Shown here: one piece after another, positions 62,099 to 64,000 of the stretch | Layout of the letters: every line of letters begins with the position of its first letter | How positions within the stretch are numbered: position 1 is the first letter of the stretch | Virus record (IMG/VR): IMGVR_UViG_2918987250_000001 | Span: 53,523-117,522 of that record | Origin: a virus | Lineage: Duplodnaviria > Caudoviricetes | Reading direction: 5' to 3' (one strand) | DNA: 64,000 nucleotides | The notes under the pieces: model-generated | What the model was told of the DNA's origin: nothing | The model's input: the letters and a program-made list of their open reading frames with translations, nothing else | Databases searched by the model: none | Program-made: the position numbers and the translations under genes

Positions 62099-62533
62099 TC
62101 AGAGGGAAGCCGAGCGCATGACGCGCCGGCCGTAAGCGGAGCAGCGCGGACGTGCGCCGACTCCGGTCTCGTAGAGGGAGACGCCAGCGCAGCCGGCCCC
62201 TCCCCGATTGATGGCGGCGCGCAGGTAGCGCATCGAGGCCGCGATGTTCTGGCGGCAGTCGAAGACGTTGCGCACGCCGAGGGAGCGAGCGGTCGCCGGC
62301 ATGAGCTGGCCGGCGCCGGCGGCACCGGAGCGGTTGCGGGCGCGGCAGTTGTAGCCGCTCTCCGTCTTGATGACGGCGTGGGCGATGCGCTGCGGCACCC
62401 CTGCCTTCGCCGCCTCGTGGGAGACGATTGCCGGAACGTGGCCGGTCTGGTGGTGACGACCGCGTGCGGCTGCGTCGCTGGCTGCGGTCACGGTCGCGAG
62501 GGCGACCAGGGCCGCGAAAGTCAGGTGGCGCAT
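62099..62533 (-). CDS. Secreted soluble lytic transglycosylase (SLT)
   Basis: Signal peptide; AVIKTES, GAGQLMPATA, QNIAASMRYL. Confidence 0.9.
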   Translation of the reverse strand: MRHLTFAALVALATVTAASDAAARGRHHQTGHVPAIVSHEAAKAGVPQRIAHAVIKTESGYNCRARNRSGAAGAGQLMPATARSLGVRNVFDCRQNIAASMRYLRAAINRGGAGCAGVSLYETGVGARPRCSAYGRRVMRSASL

Positions 62534-62560
62534 CGCCTTCCCCTTGTTGTTGCTCGTCGC

Positions 62561-62607
62561 TGATAAGTCAGCGCTGACTTATCATAGCGCGAACAGCTCG
62601 GGGTTTC
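62561..62607 (-). promoter_or_regulatory. Promoter with perfect 24-bp operator downstream of -10 (SLT gene)
   Basis: GAAACCCCGA-9-GC-TATGAT-AAGTCAGCGCTGACTTATCA. Confidence 0.75.
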
Positions 62608-62809
62608 CAAAGATCGAGCGGGGTGTTTTCGCGAATGGCCCCTGGCGTGCGCAGATTTGACCGCTGAGCGCGTGCGCTGAGAACTGCGAGCGCTGCACGC
62701 TCTCACGCGCGCCGAGTCTGTGCGAGCGTCTGAGCGCGTTCCTGCATCACGGGTTACGAGTGACGCTCGCGCTCGCTACAGAGACGCGACGACGATCGCG
62801 GGCCGGACG

Positions 62810-63277
62810 ATGGGGAAGCCGAAGAAGGCAGAGCGCAACAAGGAGATCCTGGAGCTGCGCGACAGCGGGATCACCTTGAAGGAGATCGGGTTGCGCTACG
62901 GGCTCGGCAAGCAGCGGGTGCTGGACATCGTGCGCTCGACCCGTGCCGAGCTCTACCCCGAGCCCAGGCCCCTCACCTGGCACGCCGACCTACCCGAGAA
63001 GCTGGAACAAGCCGTGCGCGCCTGCCTGCCCCGCTTCCGGCTCGATGATTTCCCGGCCGCCGAGGTCGCGCGGCTCGTCGCGCAGCACGATGAGGATTGG
63101 TGGGTCCGGTCCTTCATCGCCCTCCCCGGCCGGCACGGGGTGGCACGGCTGCGGCAGTTGAAGCAGTGGACCGAGCTCTACGGGCACCCGATCAAGCCCT
63201 CGAAGAAGTCGCGGACCCGGCTCTGGCTCTATCCGCCGAACCCGACCAGACGACGAAAGCCGCCCATCGAAGGATGA
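62810..63277 (+). CDS. HTH protein (sigma region-4-like N-terminus)
   Basis: ERNKEILELRDSGITLKEIGLRYGLGKQRVLDIV. Confidence 0.7.
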   Translation: MGKPKKAERNKEILELRDSGITLKEIGLRYGLGKQRVLDIVRSTRAELYPEPRPLTWHADLPEKLEQAVRACLPRFRLDDFPAAEVARLVAQHDEDWWVRSFIALPGRHGVARLRQLKQWTELYGHPIKPSKKSRTRLWLYPPNPTRRRKPPIEG

Positions 63278-63280
63278 GCG

Positions 63281-63336
63281 GCTTGGTGACTTGCAGGAAT
63301 GGAGCGTTGGTGGCTTAGCGCCAAAGCGCCTTGGTG
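63281..63336. repeat. 8-bp-period array, candidate centromere
   Basis: gcttggtg acttgcag gaatggag cgttggtg gcttagcg ccaaagcg ccttggtg. Confidence 0.6.
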
Positions 63337-63536
63337 AGTCGCTGCCGGATCTCGTCGTTGCGCTGCTTGAGGGTGCCCCAGGTCGTGCTGGTCTTGGCCT
63401 CCTCCTCGACCTCGGCGACGATGCGCTCGATCGTGGTGTCATCGATCCCGACGGACCGGGCCTGGGTCACAATCCGCTCACGCTCGACGGCGTGCGGGGT
63501 GATGTCGGGCATGAAGGCGTGGCTGAACATGGACAT
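63315..63536 (-). CDS. Hypothetical protein
   Basis: AAGGAG RBS. Confidence 0.6.
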   Translation of the reverse strand: MSMFSHAFMPDITPHAVERERIVTQARSVGIDDTTIERIVAEVEEEAKTSTTWGTLKQRNDEIRQRLTKALWR

Positions 63537-63542
63537 GGGGCT

Positions 63543-63574
63543 CCTTAGCGCATTGGCGTCTTGGCGCTAAGCCG
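63543..63574. repeat. 8-bp-period array, candidate centromere
   Basis: ccttagcg cattggcg tcttggcg ctaagccg. Confidence 0.55.
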
Positions 63575-64000
63575 CCTCGGGGCGGAGCAGACTGTCGCAG
63601 ACCGCCCTCGCCTCCTCCACGATCTGCCGGCGCTGGACGTAATCCTCGCGGTGCATCTGGCGCGGCGAGAGCGTGACCAGGCTGTCGGCGATGGCCGACA
63701 CGTTGTCGAGCATCTCGAGGAGCTCGGCGCGGGTCGGGCTCTCTTCCACGGCCGGCTGCTCGTCCTGCCAGGTGCGCGGGCCGGAGATGTGGGTGAAGCG
63801 GTGCCAGGGCTCGCCGATCTCGAAGCTGTCGAGGAAGCCGGCCCAGTCGTTCGACTCGGTGAAGAGAAGCGCGCGGGTCCAATCGTCACCGCCGGCGACC
63901 GGGCGGTAGGTCACGAGCCACTGATCCGGGTGCTCGCTGTGCCGGGACACGGCGATCACGACGTAGAAGGCACCCTTCTTGTGCTGCCACAGCGAGCCGC
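63567..64000 (-). CDS. DUF1653-domain protein (5' end truncated)
   Basis: GSLWQHKKGAFYVVIAVSRHSE...LVTYRP...WTR. Confidence 0.7.
   Translation of the reverse strand, partial: GSLWQHKKGAFYVVIAVSRHSEHPDQWLVTYRPVAGGDDWTRALLFTESNDWAGFLDSFEIGEPWHRFTHISGPRTWQDEQPAVEESPTRAELLEMLDNVSAIADSLVTLSPRQMHREDYVQRRQIVEEARAVCDSLLRPEAA

Larger units (their letters stand above)
1..64000. mobile_element. Temperate siphophage / probable phage-plasmid genome segment
   Basis: Complete head, tail and lysis modules, a ParA + RHH partition pair and dense small early genes. No host housekeeping genes. Confidence 0.93.

Noticed and set aside
3282-62581. 18-bp palindromes as CRISPR repeats, att sites or canonical chromosomal parS
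   Set aside because: They are dispersed with no regular spacers, there is no cas or integrase gene, and they do not match TGTTTCACGTGAAACA.
1-64000. tRNA or rRNA genes
   Set aside because: No cloverleaf with T-loop/D-loop consensus was seen by eye; tRNAscan-SE should confirm.

Overview
The window is a large part of a high-GC (roughly 65-70% by eye), lambda-like siphophage genome with a type Ib ParA/RHH partition cassette. It is most likely a temperate phage-plasmid. The gene order resembles SSU5/pHCM2-type elements, and an alphaproteobacterial host is my inference only. Bases 1-36.5 kb form a leftward late operon: two ParB-like genes, ABC ATPase, Tad2/DUF2829, Mom-like GNAT, terminase, portal, scaffold, capsid, tail with a G/GT frameshift, lysis genes and tail fibre. 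Bases 36.6-41.3 kb run rightward: helicase, dNMP kinase, parA, RHH gene. Bases 41.4-64 kb are mostly leftward early/accessory genes, including RtcB, a HerA-like ATPase, a MazG-like protein and an SLT. The most striking signal begins abruptly at about 41.4 kb, where the DNA almost completely excludes GG/CC dinucleotides (essentially only GGT/ACC remain). Four consecutive proteins there have no Gly or Trp, and one is a Gly-free paralog of a normal gene 2.2 kb away. These GG-free transcription units alternate with helically phased CCAYGG/GGCC-dense spacers. Together with the ParB/ABC/GNAT cluster next to the terminase, this suggests (inference) a packaging-coupled DNA modification at GGV/BCC with a modification-free first-expressed region. 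Other cis-elements are about 25 copies of an 18-bp palindrome (TAAGTCAG-NN-CTGACTTA), three AT-rich cores flanked by 12-bp inverted repeats, four 8-bp-period centromere-like arrays and a conserved early promoter class. I saw no tRNA, CRISPR array, integrase or replication initiator. All counts were done by eye and should be recomputed.
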